A stretch of DNA of 61,450 nt, from the NCBI GenBank assembly GCA_040397685.1, contig JBBAVM010000001.1:64432-125881 (forward strand), written 5' to 3'. Each line of letters starts with the position of its first letter. The first letter of the stretch is position 1. Position numbers and translations under genes: made by a program. Under the pieces are notes generated by a model. That model saw nothing but the letters and a program-made list of their open reading frames with translations, made no database searches and was not told where the DNA came from. Origin of the DNA: Pirellulales bacterium. Lineage in GTDB: Bacteria; Planctomycetota; Planctomycetia; Pirellulales; UBA1268. Shown one piece after another: positions 48,192 to 56,924 of this stretch.

Positions 48192-48539
48192 TTGTGCATG
48201 GAACCCACCAGTGCCCCGCCATGGATGCCGATAGCCGATCGGCTTCGTGCAGCCGTGGAACGGCTTGTGGCGGCAGCACAGCCGAAGCAGATCATCCTGT
48301 TCGGTTCATACGCCCGCGGCGATGCTGACGACCACAGCGACATTGATCTGCTTGTGGTTGAGCGGATCGTAGACGACCGCTATGAGGAGATGATCCGCCT
48401 AAACCGCGCCCTAGAGGGGCTCGTCATGCCGGTGGATCTGCTGGTGGTCAGCGAACAGGAGTTTGATCACCGCTCGGCAATGCCCGGGACGGTCGAACAC
48501 GCGGCGCGCCGCGAGGGCCGGGTGTTGTATGCCGTCTGA
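48192..48539 (+). CDS. Nucleotidyltransferase (MNT-type) domain protein, no adjacent HEPN partner
   Basis: ILFGSYARGDADDHSDIDLLVV. Start uncertain (48192, 48198 or 48225). Confidence 0.7.
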   Translation: MCMEPTSAPPWMPIADRLRAAVERLVAAAQPKQIILFGSYARGDADDHSDIDLLVVERIVDDRYEEMIRLNRALEGLVMPVDLLVVSEQEFDHRSAMPGTVEHAARREGRVLYAV

Positions 48540-48564
48540 TCATCAGTCGAAGGGACCCTGACAC

Positions 48565-48909
48565 ATGCCCGTCCTGCTCCAGACGACGCTTCTGCTGATC
48601 TGCTCGAACGTGTTCATGACGTTCGCATGGTACGCCCACCTCAAGGACATGAGCGGCCGGCCGTGGTTCATCGCGGCCCTGGTGAGCTGGGGCGTCGCGC
48701 TCGCCGAGTACCTTCTGCAGGTGCCTGCCAACCGGATCGGCTACACGACGATGAACCTCGGGCAGCTCAAGATCCTGCAGGAGGTGATCGCGCTCAGCGT
48801 GTTCGTGCCCTTCGCGGTGCTCTACATGAAGCAGCCGCTGAAGCTCAACTACCTGTGGGCGGCCATGTGCATCTGCGCGGCCGTCTACTTCGTGTTTCGG
48901 GACTCGTAA
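48565..48909 (+). CDS. DMT-superfamily small membrane protein (DUF486-like)
   Basis: MPVLLQTTLLLICSNVFMTFAWYAHLK.. Four TM segments, 114 aa. Confidence 0.7.
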   Translation: MPVLLQTTLLLICSNVFMTFAWYAHLKDMSGRPWFIAALVSWGVALAEYLLQVPANRIGYTTMNLGQLKILQEVIALSVFVPFAVLYMKQPLKLNYLWAAMCICAAVYFVFRDS

Positions 48910-48930
48910 AAGGCACCCGCCCGACGCCGC

Positions 48931-49335
48931 TCACCGCCGCATCGCCCGGCAGGCGTCGTGGCACTTCTTGCAGGCTGCCGCGCACGCCTTGCAGCAGGGC
49001 TCGTCGCCGCACTTCGTGCATTCGGCGGCGCACTGCTCGCAGGCTTCCTCGCAGAGTTCGCACATCTCCTCGGCCAGCGGCGAGTCGTACTCCAGGAGCG
49101 CGACACACGTTCGGCACGTCTCGATGCAGGTCAGGCAGGTTTTCTCGCAGCCCGGGCAATCGCAGCCCACGATGCATTCGCGGCAGGCCCGGAGGCACTC
49201 GTTGCAGGCCTTGATGCACGCGTCCTTGGCGGCGGCATCGGCGTGCGGGGCGTCCGCAGCGTAGGCGGCGGCCGGCAGCGTCACGGCGGCGGCGAGAACG
49301 AAACGCATCATGAGCGGGATGGTCAGCGACAGCAT
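48931..49335 (-). CDS. Cys-rich four-helix-bundle (DUF326-type) metal-binding protein with signal peptide
   Basis: Start MLSLTIPLMMRFVLAAAVTLPAAAYA at 49335. Repeated CxxCxxxCxxC heptad-like motifs (CIKACNECLRACRECIVGC.., CELCEEACEQCAAECTKC..CCKACAAACKKCHDAC). Confidence 0.7.
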   Translation of the reverse strand: MLSLTIPLMMRFVLAAAVTLPAAAYAADAPHADAAAKDACIKACNECLRACRECIVGCDCPGCEKTCLTCIETCRTCVALLEYDSPLAEEMCELCEEACEQCAAECTKCGDEPCCKACAAACKKCHDACRAMRR

Positions 49336-49534
49336 GGGTCTGCCCTTTTCAGTTGGGGGTAGGTGAGCGGGAACGGCTCGCCGGAACTCTACGCAGCCCC
49401 GAGGCGGGCTGGCCAACAGGCCAGCGGGGCTTTGGCTGACGGGCGTCGCAGCCCGATCGACTCTTTGGATTTCTCACGGTAGGGGCGGTGCCTTCGGGCG
49501 TCGCCCCTGCCTTCTCTTTTTCACGGAAGGTCAC

Positions 49535-49702
49535 ATGGTGAAAATCACCACATTCAACGACCGGCCAGTACAGCACGTGCGCTACATGCCCGACGGCTCG
49601 GTCATCCTGAAACTCTACGAGCGGCGGCCCACTGGCCGCGCTCGCCATATCCGCGTGTCGCTGGCCCAGTGGCTGGCCAGTCGCGGCGTCTATCTCTTGT
49701 AA
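49535..49702 (+). CDS. Possible small protein (55 aa)
   Basis: GGAAGG SD 5 nt upstream of ATG 49535. MVKITTFNDRPVQHVRYMPDGSVILKLYERRPTGRARHIRVSLAQWLASRGVYLL. Preferred over the antisense 119-aa track ORF. Confidence 0.3.
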   Translation: MVKITTFNDRPVQHVRYMPDGSVILKLYERRPTGRARHIRVSLAQWLASRGVYLL

Positions 49703-49767
49703 AGCCACGCATCACGGCGGGCCCAGGCCCGTCAACTCGCCCGCCGCCGCTGTGGATGACGAAAACG

Positions 49768-49888
49768 CCGGGAAATTCAGCGGAGTCGGCAACCGGGAAT
49801 AGGTGCGTTTCCCGAACGGGTAACTCCCTTATTCCCGGTTCTTTACGTCTCTCGTTTTCCCGGGGTTTCGCGGGAAAACGCCCGGGAA
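49768..49888. repeat. Cluster of seven CCGGGAA / TTCCCGG motifs (nested inverted repeats)
   Basis: CCGGGAA at 49768, 49793 and 49882. TTCCCGG at 49832 and 49857. Imperfect copies at 49809 and 49870. AACCGGGAATA (49791-49801) pairs perfectly with TATTCCCGGTT (49830-49840). Confidence 0.7.
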
Positions 49889-49928
49889 TCTTTCGCGCGC
49901 CGGGGGCCTGCGGCCCCCAACGCGGATC

Positions 49929-50453
49929 CTACCCCTTGGCGAGCGAGCGGATCTTCCGCAGGTCAAGAACGCCCTTCGCGCCCCAGCCCTTCACGCCCTC
50001 GGAGATCGCGGGCCGGAACGCCTCGTAGAGAGCGAAGGCCTCGGCTGCCAACTCCCGCGGTCGGTACGCATGGGCCAGCGTCGTCATCGCGGCCCGGGTC
50101 GCCTCCAGATGGTCGCCAAACTTCGTTTCCAGATAGGCCGCCGCACCCTCGGCCGTCACAACGGCCCGGCCGCTCACCGCCCGGATGCCGTAGGCCGTGT
50201 TCTTCGCTGGTACCGAGCGGCCGCAGAGTTCAATCCAAAACTGCTCGCCCCGCTCCCGCTCGCGGGCGGCCTTCGTCTTCTCCTCGTGCGGCTTGAAGAT
50301 ACCCAGCCGCCGTCCCTTGGACTGGGCGTTCAAGCCTGCCAAGGCCTTACCGAGGCTCAACGATTCATCCCAGCGGAACCCGAGTCGCTGGGCGACAACG
50401 GCTGCCCAGAGCGTGAGGACGGGCGCCCGGTTGATCGAGATCGTGGTGGGCAC
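49929..50453 (-). CDS. Hypothetical protein (about 174 aa)
   Basis: GTG 50453 is the first plausible start after the upstream stop (50459-50461). Coding texture ..INRAPVLTLWAAVVAQRLGFRWDESLSLGKALAGLNAQSKGRRLGIF... Followed by hairpin GGGGGCC-tgc-GGCCCCC at 49902-49918. Confidence 0.45.
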   Translation of the reverse strand: MPTTISINRAPVLTLWAAVVAQRLGFRWDESLSLGKALAGLNAQSKGRRLGIFKPHEEKTKAARERERGEQFWIELCGRSVPAKNTAYGIRAVSGRAVVTAEGAAAYLETKFGDHLEATRAAMTTLAHAYRPRELAAEAFALYEAFRPAISEGVKGWGAKGVLDLRKIRSLAKG

Positions 50454-50458
50454 AGCAG

Positions 50459-50875
50459 TCAGGCGATTTCGTAGACAAGCTTCCAGCCGGCGTCCTGCAC
50501 CGCCCGCTCGACGTCTTCCCGGAACTTGCCAAATTCGAGTTTGCCACCACCTCCCACGCCCGCATCCGTCCGAGTTGTGCTCACGCGGGAGCCGAATTGC
50601 GACGTGGTCTCGACGGTGAACGTGGGCGGCGGCAGGCCCCATGAACTTTCCATGGCCGACTCACAAAAATGCGCCTCGTGATTGGCTTGGTCGAGCGTGC
50701 ATCTGAAATTGCTCGTGACCTTCCGGCCGCCGAGGAGCCATTTCGACTTGATCGCCGTGAGCGTGCCCGTGATGGTGCCGTCTTTGGCTGTTAGAGCAGT
50801 GCCAGTGTTGGCCGCCGCGACAGCCGAAAGTTTTGAGAGCAGATCGGCCTGAGAAAGCGTGCTCGGCGTGGCCAT
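50459..50875 (-). CDS. Hypothetical protein (138 aa)
   Basis: Strong SD GGGGAGG upstream of ATG 50875. No family recognised. Confidence 0.5.
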   Translation of the reverse strand: MATPSTLSQADLLSKLSAVAAANTGTALTAKDGTITGTLTAIKSKWLLGGRKVTSNFRCTLDQANHEAHFCESAMESSWGLPPPTFTVETTSQFGSRVSTTRTDAGVGGGGKLEFGKFREDVERAVQDAGWKLVYEIA

Positions 50876-50960
50876 GGCTACCTCCCCGGGTGTCTGGCGT
50901 TCGAAAGGGCTTCGACTCGAACAATCCTACGCAGTGACGCAAGGAGCCAGCCCACAGGAT

Positions 50961-51671
50961 TCAGCGAAGGGCCGTCGGCTCCTCGGATCCGGCAGCGATT
51001 TCGCAGGACGTGAGAGCCCGGGCAAGCGGACACGCGACGGCAGTGGGCTCGCCCCGCCGGTACGTCCCGAGAAGCTCCTTCGAGCGCTGGGCGAGCATCC
51101 GTCGGACTTCGCGGCGTTGGCCTTTCACACGGGCGATCCTCATCGAGTCATAGGCCGTCGTCTGGTGCCGCATCCACGCGATGACGGCAGCTTCGGCCCT
51201 GCGCTCGATCGGGATGCGCTGCGTTCGGGCCACGGTGCCGCTGCCTACGGGAGTGGCGTGGTTCGTCACGGCTGTTGCAAGCGCAGCGGCGAGGGTGGCG
51301 TGGCGCTGATGGAAACCCAGAAATTCCAAGACGGCGCTCCGGAAGTCCTCAATGTATTCGCGCTGGGTTTTCTCGCGCCGCTTCGCTCCCGCTATCTGCT
51401 TTTTGGCATACGCGTCGGTCGAGCGTTCGGCGGCAAGCTCTGAACGAACCTGCGCGATCGTTGCCGCAGGGGCCCAGACGCCGCGCGAGAAAACCTTGCG
51501 TCCGACTTTTTCCTGCACCAGCCAGTGCTCCCCGGCGGCTTTGACGCGGCGGGTCAGGGCGGGGTCGCCGGGTGGGAGAAGTTCCCAGCCCTGCGGGACA
51601 GGAAGGATCTGCCCCGCGTGGGTTCTGACCGTATTGGGAGTTGGGCCGGGGAGAAAAGTCTGAGCGGGCAT
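50961..51671 (-). CDS. DUF2293-like protein
   Basis: Start MPAQTFLPG at 51671. AVIAWMRHQTTAYDSMRIARVKGQRREVRR matches my recollection of the DUF2293 core. Confidence 0.55.
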   Translation of the reverse strand: MPAQTFLPGPTPNTVRTHAGQILPVPQGWELLPPGDPALTRRVKAAGEHWLVQEKVGRKVFSRGVWAPAATIAQVRSELAAERSTDAYAKKQIAGAKRREKTQREYIEDFRSAVLEFLGFHQRHATLAAALATAVTNHATPVGSGTVARTQRIPIERRAEAAVIAWMRHQTTAYDSMRIARVKGQRREVRRMLAQRSKELLGTYRRGEPTAVACPLARALTSCEIAAGSEEPTALR

Positions 51672-51729
51672 CGTGGCTGGTTCGAAGTGATGTGGATCGC
51701 GATCTTTTTTATCGGAAAACGGCGGGTCG

Positions 51730-52497
51730 TCACTTTCCGTCGACCAGCGCCTCCCAGAACTCTGTCTCACCCGACACCGAGTTGTGGTCGGTGCCGTCGA
51801 CGATTCGCAGCGTTGCGACGTCCGCTGGAAAGGCCGCGACCAGCCGCCGTGTGTCAGCGAGCGGCACCAACTCGTCGTGTGATGCGGCGATCAGGAGCGT
51901 CGGGCAGGCCACCTTGGGGGCATACCGCCACGACTCGTACGGATCCCGCAGCAGCAGGCCCATCGGCAGGAACGGGGCCACGCGCTTCGCAATGGAGAGA
52001 ATGCTCTCGAAGGGCGTGATCAGCACGAGCCGCGACACGGGCTCCTCGGCCGCGAGTTGGATCGCAAGGCTACTGCCGAGGCTGCGGCCCACCACCATGA
52101 CGTCCGGATGCCGGTCGCGTGCCATCCGAAAGAGGGCCCGGGCGTCGCCGCGCAGCGCATGCTCGGCCGGATGGCCGGTGCTGCCGCTGTAGCCACGGTA
52201 ATGCATCGCATAGATCGCCCGGTCAGGAAACGCCGTAGCCAGTTCCGGCACCGTGTAGGCCACGTCCTCGGCGTTGCCCCCGAAATAGACGAGCGCCTTG
52301 GATCCGTCGTGCTCGCGTGCGGAGATCCGCAGCCTTGCGCCGGGCACCTCGAGCGAACGTGCCTTGGCGTGGGCCGGCGTCACCGGAGTCGGCATGTAGA
52401 TGAACGACCGCTGGAAGATGAGAAACACGAGGCAGAGCCCCGCATAGACGGCTAGCGCGATCGTGAGCAGGCTCCAGAGCATGCGGCGGGTTCTCAT
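51730..52497 (-). CDS. Alpha/beta hydrolase with N-terminal membrane anchor
   Basis: Motifs: FGGNAED, GRSLGS (GxSxG), D..H at the C-terminus (SHDELVP, GTDHNS). Confidence 0.75.
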   Translation of the reverse strand: MRTRRMLWSLLTIALAVYAGLCLVFLIFQRSFIYMPTPVTPAHAKARSLEVPGARLRISAREHDGSKALVYFGGNAEDVAYTVPELATAFPDRAIYAMHYRGYSGSTGHPAEHALRGDARALFRMARDRHPDVMVVGRSLGSSLAIQLAAEEPVSRLVLITPFESILSIAKRVAPFLPMGLLLRDPYESWRYAPKVACPTLLIAASHDELVPLADTRRLVAAFPADVATLRIVDGTDHNSVSGETEFWEALVDGK

Positions 52498-52521
52498 CGA
52501 CGGACCGTACCGGATCGTGAC

Positions 52522-53127
52522 TCACGCGAACCGGTCCTGCACCACCACCTCCGACAGGGCCAGTTGGCCACCCTTCGGCATGGCGGGTTTCACGGCCTTG
52601 CCGACGGCGATCATGAAGCCGATCACGTGATCGTTCGGCAGGTAGATGATCTCGGCCACCTTCACCGGGTCGAAGCCGATCATCGGGCAGGAGTCGTAGC
52701 CCATGGCCTTGGCCGCGAGCATAATCGTCTGCCCTGCGATTCCGCACGACCGCATGGCCTCGTCCCGCTGCAACTGCTCCTTGCCTTCGTAGAACGGCCC
52801 TATCCAGCCCGTGACCAGTTGCTGGACCTCAGGCGCGGCATTCCGCCAATAACGCTCGGGCGACTTCTTCCAGGCCTTGAGGTCGGCGGTGAGCACGATC
52901 AGGAGCGAGGCGTCGGTCACCTGCGCCTGATCGACCGCGGCTGCTCGAATCTGCTTTCGCAGTGCCGGGTCGCGAACGATCACGAACCGCCAGTTCTGCA
53001 TATTGAACGACGTCGGCGACTGGATCGCTGCCTCGAGCAGTTTCGTCTCCTCGGCGGCCGTGAACCGGTGGTCCGGGTCAAAAGCCTTCACCGCACGCCG
53101 CTGCTTGATGGCGTCAAATGTATCCAT
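52522..53127 (-). CDS. Nitroreductase family protein
   Basis: Motifs: MDTFDAIKQRRAVKAF, SPTSFNMQNWRFVIV, typical length. Confidence 0.85.
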   Translation of the reverse strand: MDTFDAIKQRRAVKAFDPDHRFTAAEETKLLEAAIQSPTSFNMQNWRFVIVRDPALRKQIRAAAVDQAQVTDASLLIVLTADLKAWKKSPERYWRNAAPEVQQLVTGWIGPFYEGKEQLQRDEAMRSCGIAGQTIMLAAKAMGYDSCPMIGFDPVKVAEIIYLPNDHVIGFMIAVGKAVKPAMPKGGQLALSEVVVQDRFA

Positions 53128-53129
53128 TG

Positions 53130-53876
53130 TTAGTCCTTCTTACGCAGTGCCTTAGAGGTCGAGGATTCTATTCCGGGGGCCTTCCACACGTGCAGGCGTG
53201 AGATCGCTTCGGGTGCATCGGTGAGCAGCGGCGAGTGCCCGAGGTAGCGCTCCGCCATCTCCCGCCGGCCCCGCGCCAGAAGGGTCGCATAGACGTGCAG
53301 TTCGAAATGGAGACGAAGGCGGTGTTCCGCGGCCTGCTCACCTGCGGCACGGAAGACGCCCATGAGAGCCTCGGCCGTGGAGAGCTGCCCGCAATCAGGC
53401 TGGTCACGCAACCAGTAGCGGCTCGGCGTGTCATCTACGTTCGGTAGGCACACACAACGTCCCATGCCTTCGACTGTCCGGAGCATCTCGCCGGCCTGTC
53501 GCCACGTGCCGTCGAGCAGCAACACGTGTCGGCAGGCGTTGGAGGGGGCGGTCGCCGCATCGGCTGACGGGGGAAGTGGTTGCCCGTTGGGATGGAGGAT
53601 CCACAACGGCTGGGCCGGCTCGAGCAGGTCCGTCGTGAAAGTCGCCGCCGTAAAAAACCTCGTCTCGCGTTGGTAGATGTGAGACTCAGCGTTGCTCACA
53701 GCCCGAGTGACGAGCATGCCGGTGCTCGACGGTTTGCCCGATTCGTGCCGATGGATCAGCACATGGACGGAGAGCCGCGTCTCGACCGGCGGCAGCAAGT
53801 CGCACGTGCACCATCGCGGAGGCAGACTACAACGCGGGCAGCGGGCGGCACCGGCGAGCACCACACTTCGACCCAT
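53130..53876 (-). CDS. DTW-domain protein (tRNA-uridine aminocarboxypropyltransferase family)
   Basis: N-terminal CPRCSLPPRWCTCD Cys cluster. LLLDGTWRQA (DTW motif). Confidence 0.7.
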   Translation of the reverse strand: MGRSVVLAGAARCPRCSLPPRWCTCDLLPPVETRLSVHVLIHRHESGKPSSTGMLVTRAVSNAESHIYQRETRFFTAATFTTDLLEPAQPLWILHPNGQPLPPSADAATAPSNACRHVLLLDGTWRQAGEMLRTVEGMGRCVCLPNVDDTPSRYWLRDQPDCGQLSTAEALMGVFRAAGEQAAEHRLRLHFELHVYATLLARGRREMAERYLGHSPLLTDAPEAISRLHVWKAPGIESSTSKALRKKD

Positions 53877-53895
53877 GGATGATCCCCGGCTAGAG

Positions 53896-54474
53896 TCATG
53901 TTGTCAGCACCGACACGGTGCTCACGAGGAGCGGAAGTCGATGCCGTTGTACGAATATTTCTGCCAGACGTGCAGCCAGAAAATCGAGTTGCTCATTCGC
54001 AGGGACGAGAAGCCCGAGTGCCCGCACTGCCACAGCACCAAGCTCACCAAGCTCGTGAGCGTCGTCAGTGGTCATGTGGCGAGCGGCGGCGAGAATTCCG
54101 AGCCCGCGGATCTCGTCAATCGGCATCGGGTCCGTCCAGCGCGACGCGGGGACAACCGGCAGAGCGGCCGCTATGCCTGCATGGACGGCCTCGATCGCTG
54201 CGAGAAGTTCAGCCTTCGACGGATACTGGGCTGAGCCGGCTTTCGGAGTCGAGTTCCAGTCGAACAACGGCCGCCACTCCGGCGGGCAGACGGGTTTGCT
54301 ACCGATGAGGGGCGCGAACAAATCGCCCGAGCATGCCAGGTGCCCGAGCACCCACGCGGCATGGTTCATGCCCGGCGCGGGCTGAACGGTCATCTGCTCC
54401 TCTGCGAGGTCGGCGACCAGCCGCCGGGCGTAGGCGAGGTTGAGATTCCACGTGTGAATGAGGTGGCTGACCAT
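53896..54474 (-). pseudogene. DinB-family (DinB_2-like) gene, apparently 3'-truncated
   Basis: Start MVSHLIHTWNLNLAYARRLVADL at 54474. DinB-like to ..ASRWTDPMPIDEI, then the ORF reads through antisense FmdB. The expected C-terminal His-containing helix is missing. Confidence 0.45.
53941..54234 (+). CDS. FmdB-family zinc-ribbon protein, copy 1 (C-terminal tail replaced)
   Basis: MPLYEYFCQTCSQKIELLIRRDEKPECPHCHSTKLTKLVSVVSGHVASGGENSEP parallels copy 2 (57023-). Beyond about 54105 the frame reads antisense DinB sequence. Confidence 0.55.
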   Translation: MPLYEYFCQTCSQKIELLIRRDEKPECPHCHSTKLTKLVSVVSGHVASGGENSEPADLVNRHRVRPARRGDNRQSGRYACMDGLDRCEKFSLRRILG

Positions 54475-54524
54475 TGATCTCGCTCCTGAAGACAATTGAC
54501 ACCGTGAACGCGACGGTATCGAAA

Positions 54525-55118
54525 TCACTCGCTGCGTAGCACCTTCAGAAGCCGTGCAGCACCATCTTCCGTATAACGGCCTGATTCCATGGTCAGGATC
54601 GCGCCGTCGCGATTGACGACGAGCACATGGATGTCATTCACCGAGTCGATCCCGCATGACTTCAGGAACGCCTTTCGGTCGGTATAGGCCGTCCACACAT
54701 GGCTTCTGGCATCCTTCCCAGGAATGCCTCGCTGCATGCCGGTGTCGATAATCCAGCGCATCACCATTCCTGGCTCGTCGATCACCGGCATCTCGACCCA
54801 CGGCAGCGTGTTTTCCGGCCGGGTGAGTGCCATTCCGGCCGTCCAGGTGTCGATCGCCGCCTGCTGCTCCTGCTCGTACCCCAGGATGACGAGCGTGCGG
54901 TCGGCCGGAAAGTCAGCAGGGGCCTTCCAGGGTTTCCCATTGAGGTCCTTGCCGGTCACCGTTGGCAGTCGCGGGGAAGGTTCCATATCGGGGGCCTCCG
55001 ATGCCAGGGCCACTGCAGCGACTGAGCAACCGAGGGCAAGCAGGCTGGTGAGTGACCAGTGAGAGCAGTTTTCCATGACCGGGCCTTCGGGTTCGGAGCC
55101 ACTGGCGAAACGATTCAC
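54525..55118 (-). CDS. Putative lipoprotein / exported protein
   Basis: GTG 55118 overlaps the upstream stop (GTGA). SLLALGCS lipobox-like signal. No family recognised. Confidence 0.5.
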   Translation of the reverse strand: MNRFASGSEPEGPVMENCSHWSLTSLLALGCSVAAVALASEAPDMEPSPRLPTVTGKDLNGKPWKAPADFPADRTLVILGYEQEQQAAIDTWTAGMALTRPENTLPWVEMPVIDEPGMVMRWIIDTGMQRGIPGKDARSHVWTAYTDRKAFLKSCGIDSVNDIHVLVVNRDGAILTMESGRYTEDGAARLLKVLRSE

Positions 55119-56443
55119 ACGGGAAAGCAGCGGCCAAAATCCTTGAGTCGCGACAGCCCGCCCGTGACACGGACTTTTCCACGGATGATCGCCCAGACAA
55201 TCGAGCGTTCCTTTCGTAGGAACCCGAGCCAGGTCGCTGCGTCGGCCCGAATCGTGCAGTCGGGTGTGCCGACGAGCCCGGGTTGGACATCGAGCGACTG
55301 CTTGCGAATCGTGACGGTCGCTTCGGCCGTTTCGGCGCCGGTGAACACGAGGTGGTAGGCCGTGTCGATGCCCTTCGCCTTTCCGGACTGGAAGACGACC
55401 TTGAGGCCGTCGAGGAATCCGTGGATGGTTGAGGGACGGATCCCGGTGACCCGCTTTGGCGTCTTGTGAGGGAAGGCCCGGGTCACATGCGCTTCGGCGT
55501 CGGAGTCGGCGACGACATAGACGATCTCCTCCTTCTGTTGCAGCGGCTTCACGAAGTCGGCCACGAATCCGCCGCGATCGTCAAGAAATGGCGAGATGAC
55601 GTCCTCGCCAGCCGGACAGACGGCCAAGCAATACGCGGCCTTATAGTTGGCCCCGAAGCTCAGGCTCTGCCACATCGACACCGACTCTTGATCGGTCACG
55701 CGGCTGCGATACTCGCGGGCGTCTCGGCTATCGGCGACCGTCTCTACCCAGTCGGTGAAGCCATTCATGAACTCGCGGTAGTTGTGCGTGAGGCAGGAGC
55801 CCGCGTCGAATCGGCCGTCAGGCTTGATCGCACCCACGGGGCACGCGGCGACGCACAGTTTGCAACTGACACAGGGGTCGTATGCGACCGGCTTCGATTC
55901 GTCGTCCACCTCGGCGGCGAGGAGCACGGTTCCCAAGAGGATGAACGAGCCGAAGCGCGGATGGATCACGTTGCGGTGGATGCCCATCTGCCCGAGGCCT
56001 GCGGCGACGGCGACCGGCTTATGCGAGACAACCCAAATCTTGCCCGGAAACTTCGAGGCCTCCATCGGAAAGCCCACCGGGGCGTTCATCGCACGGATCC
56101 CCTCCGCCTCGAGCACACGAACGATCTCGCGGGCAGCGTCGTTGACGTGATCGCCTGTGCGGTGGAACTCCAGGTTCGCAACCGATCGGGCGGGATTCCT
56201 GACCGGCTCCCGGTTCATCCGGCAGACGATGCTGATGAGTGTTTTCGTCGCCGGAAATGTCTTGAGGATGTCGGCCTTGTCGCCGGCGATCTCGGTCCTG
56301 TCGATCGCGACGAAACCGACGTCGTCGGCCCCGGCAGCAAGGCACACCTCCCGCAGCCACGACGCGGAGATCCGCCCCGGTGCCGGCCGTGCGGGCCGGT
56401 TCCGCACCGCGACGACGGTCGGATGCTGGTCGAGAACAGCCAT
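55115..56443 (-). CDS. QueG/reductive-dehalogenase-like 4Fe-4S protein fused to a C-terminal SCP2 domain
   Basis: Motifs: GLGQMGIHRNVIHPRFGSFILLGTVL, CVSCKLCVAACPVGAI, CLAVCPAG. C-terminal ..VFTGAETAEATVTI..RGKVRVTGGLSRL resembles SCP2. Start at 56443 (MAVLDQ) or 56491. Confidence 0.65.
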   Translation of the reverse strand: MAVLDQHPTVVAVRNRPARPAPGRISASWLREVCLAAGADDVGFVAIDRTEIAGDKADILKTFPATKTLISIVCRMNREPVRNPARSVANLEFHRTGDHVNDAAREIVRVLEAEGIRAMNAPVGFPMEASKFPGKIWVVSHKPVAVAAGLGQMGIHRNVIHPRFGSFILLGTVLLAAEVDDESKPVAYDPCVSCKLCVAACPVGAIKPDGRFDAGSCLTHNYREFMNGFTDWVETVADSRDAREYRSRVTDQESVSMWQSLSFGANYKAAYCLAVCPAGEDVISPFLDDRGGFVADFVKPLQQKEEIVYVVADSDAEAHVTRAFPHKTPKRVTGIRPSTIHGFLDGLKVVFQSGKAKGIDTAYHLVFTGAETAEATVTIRKQSLDVQPGLVGTPDCTIRADAATWLGFLRKERSIVWAIIRGKVRVTGGLSRLKDFGRCFPV

Positions 56444-56567
56444 CAGGAACCCCTTGTAAGCGCGGATCGACGTCGAAGGCTTCTTTTGCAACCACTTGCA
56501 TTATGCAAGTGACAGCGCTACAGTCAAGAGATGAGTTCGAGGGGCCGCGGCGACCGCGGGATCAGTC

Positions 56568-56924
56568 ATGAAAAGCGCAAAGCGGCGATCGATCTGCCCG
56601 GTGGCCTGCTCGCTCGACATCTTCGGCGACAAGTGGACGCTCCTGCTCATCCGCGACATGGCCTGCGGGAAGGCACTCTTCAAGGAGTTTGCCGCCTCGC
56701 CCGAGCGGATCGCGACGAACATCCTCACGGATCGGCTCGAGCGACTCGTGGCCGGCGGTCTCGCCGAATCGTTCGTGCCGCAGCAGGGCGCCGGACGCGG
56801 TGGCTACCGTCTCACCGCGAAGGGCAGGTCGTTGCTACCAGTGCTCTCGGCCATCGCCGACTGGGGGCTTCGGCACATCAGCGGCACCGAGGCGCGGCTG
56901 CGGCCTCCGTCCACCAGCCGTTGA
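56568..56924 (+). CDS. HxlR-family winged-helix transcriptional regulator
   Basis: CPVACSLDIFGDKWTLLLIRDM..FKEF..IATNILTDRLERLVAGGL. Divergent from the Fe-S/SCP2 gene. Confidence 0.85.
   Translation: MKSAKRRSICPVACSLDIFGDKWTLLLIRDMACGKALFKEFAASPERIATNILTDRLERLVAGGLAESFVPQQGAGRGGYRLTAKGRSLLPVLSAIADWGLRHISGTEARLRPPSTSR

Noticed and set aside
49349-49708. 119-aa minus-strand track ORF
   Set aside because: It overlaps the plus-strand 55-codon ORF, which has a proper SD and more protein-like composition. Its 3' part would also overlap the DUF326 gene start region. Neither ORF is strongly supported.
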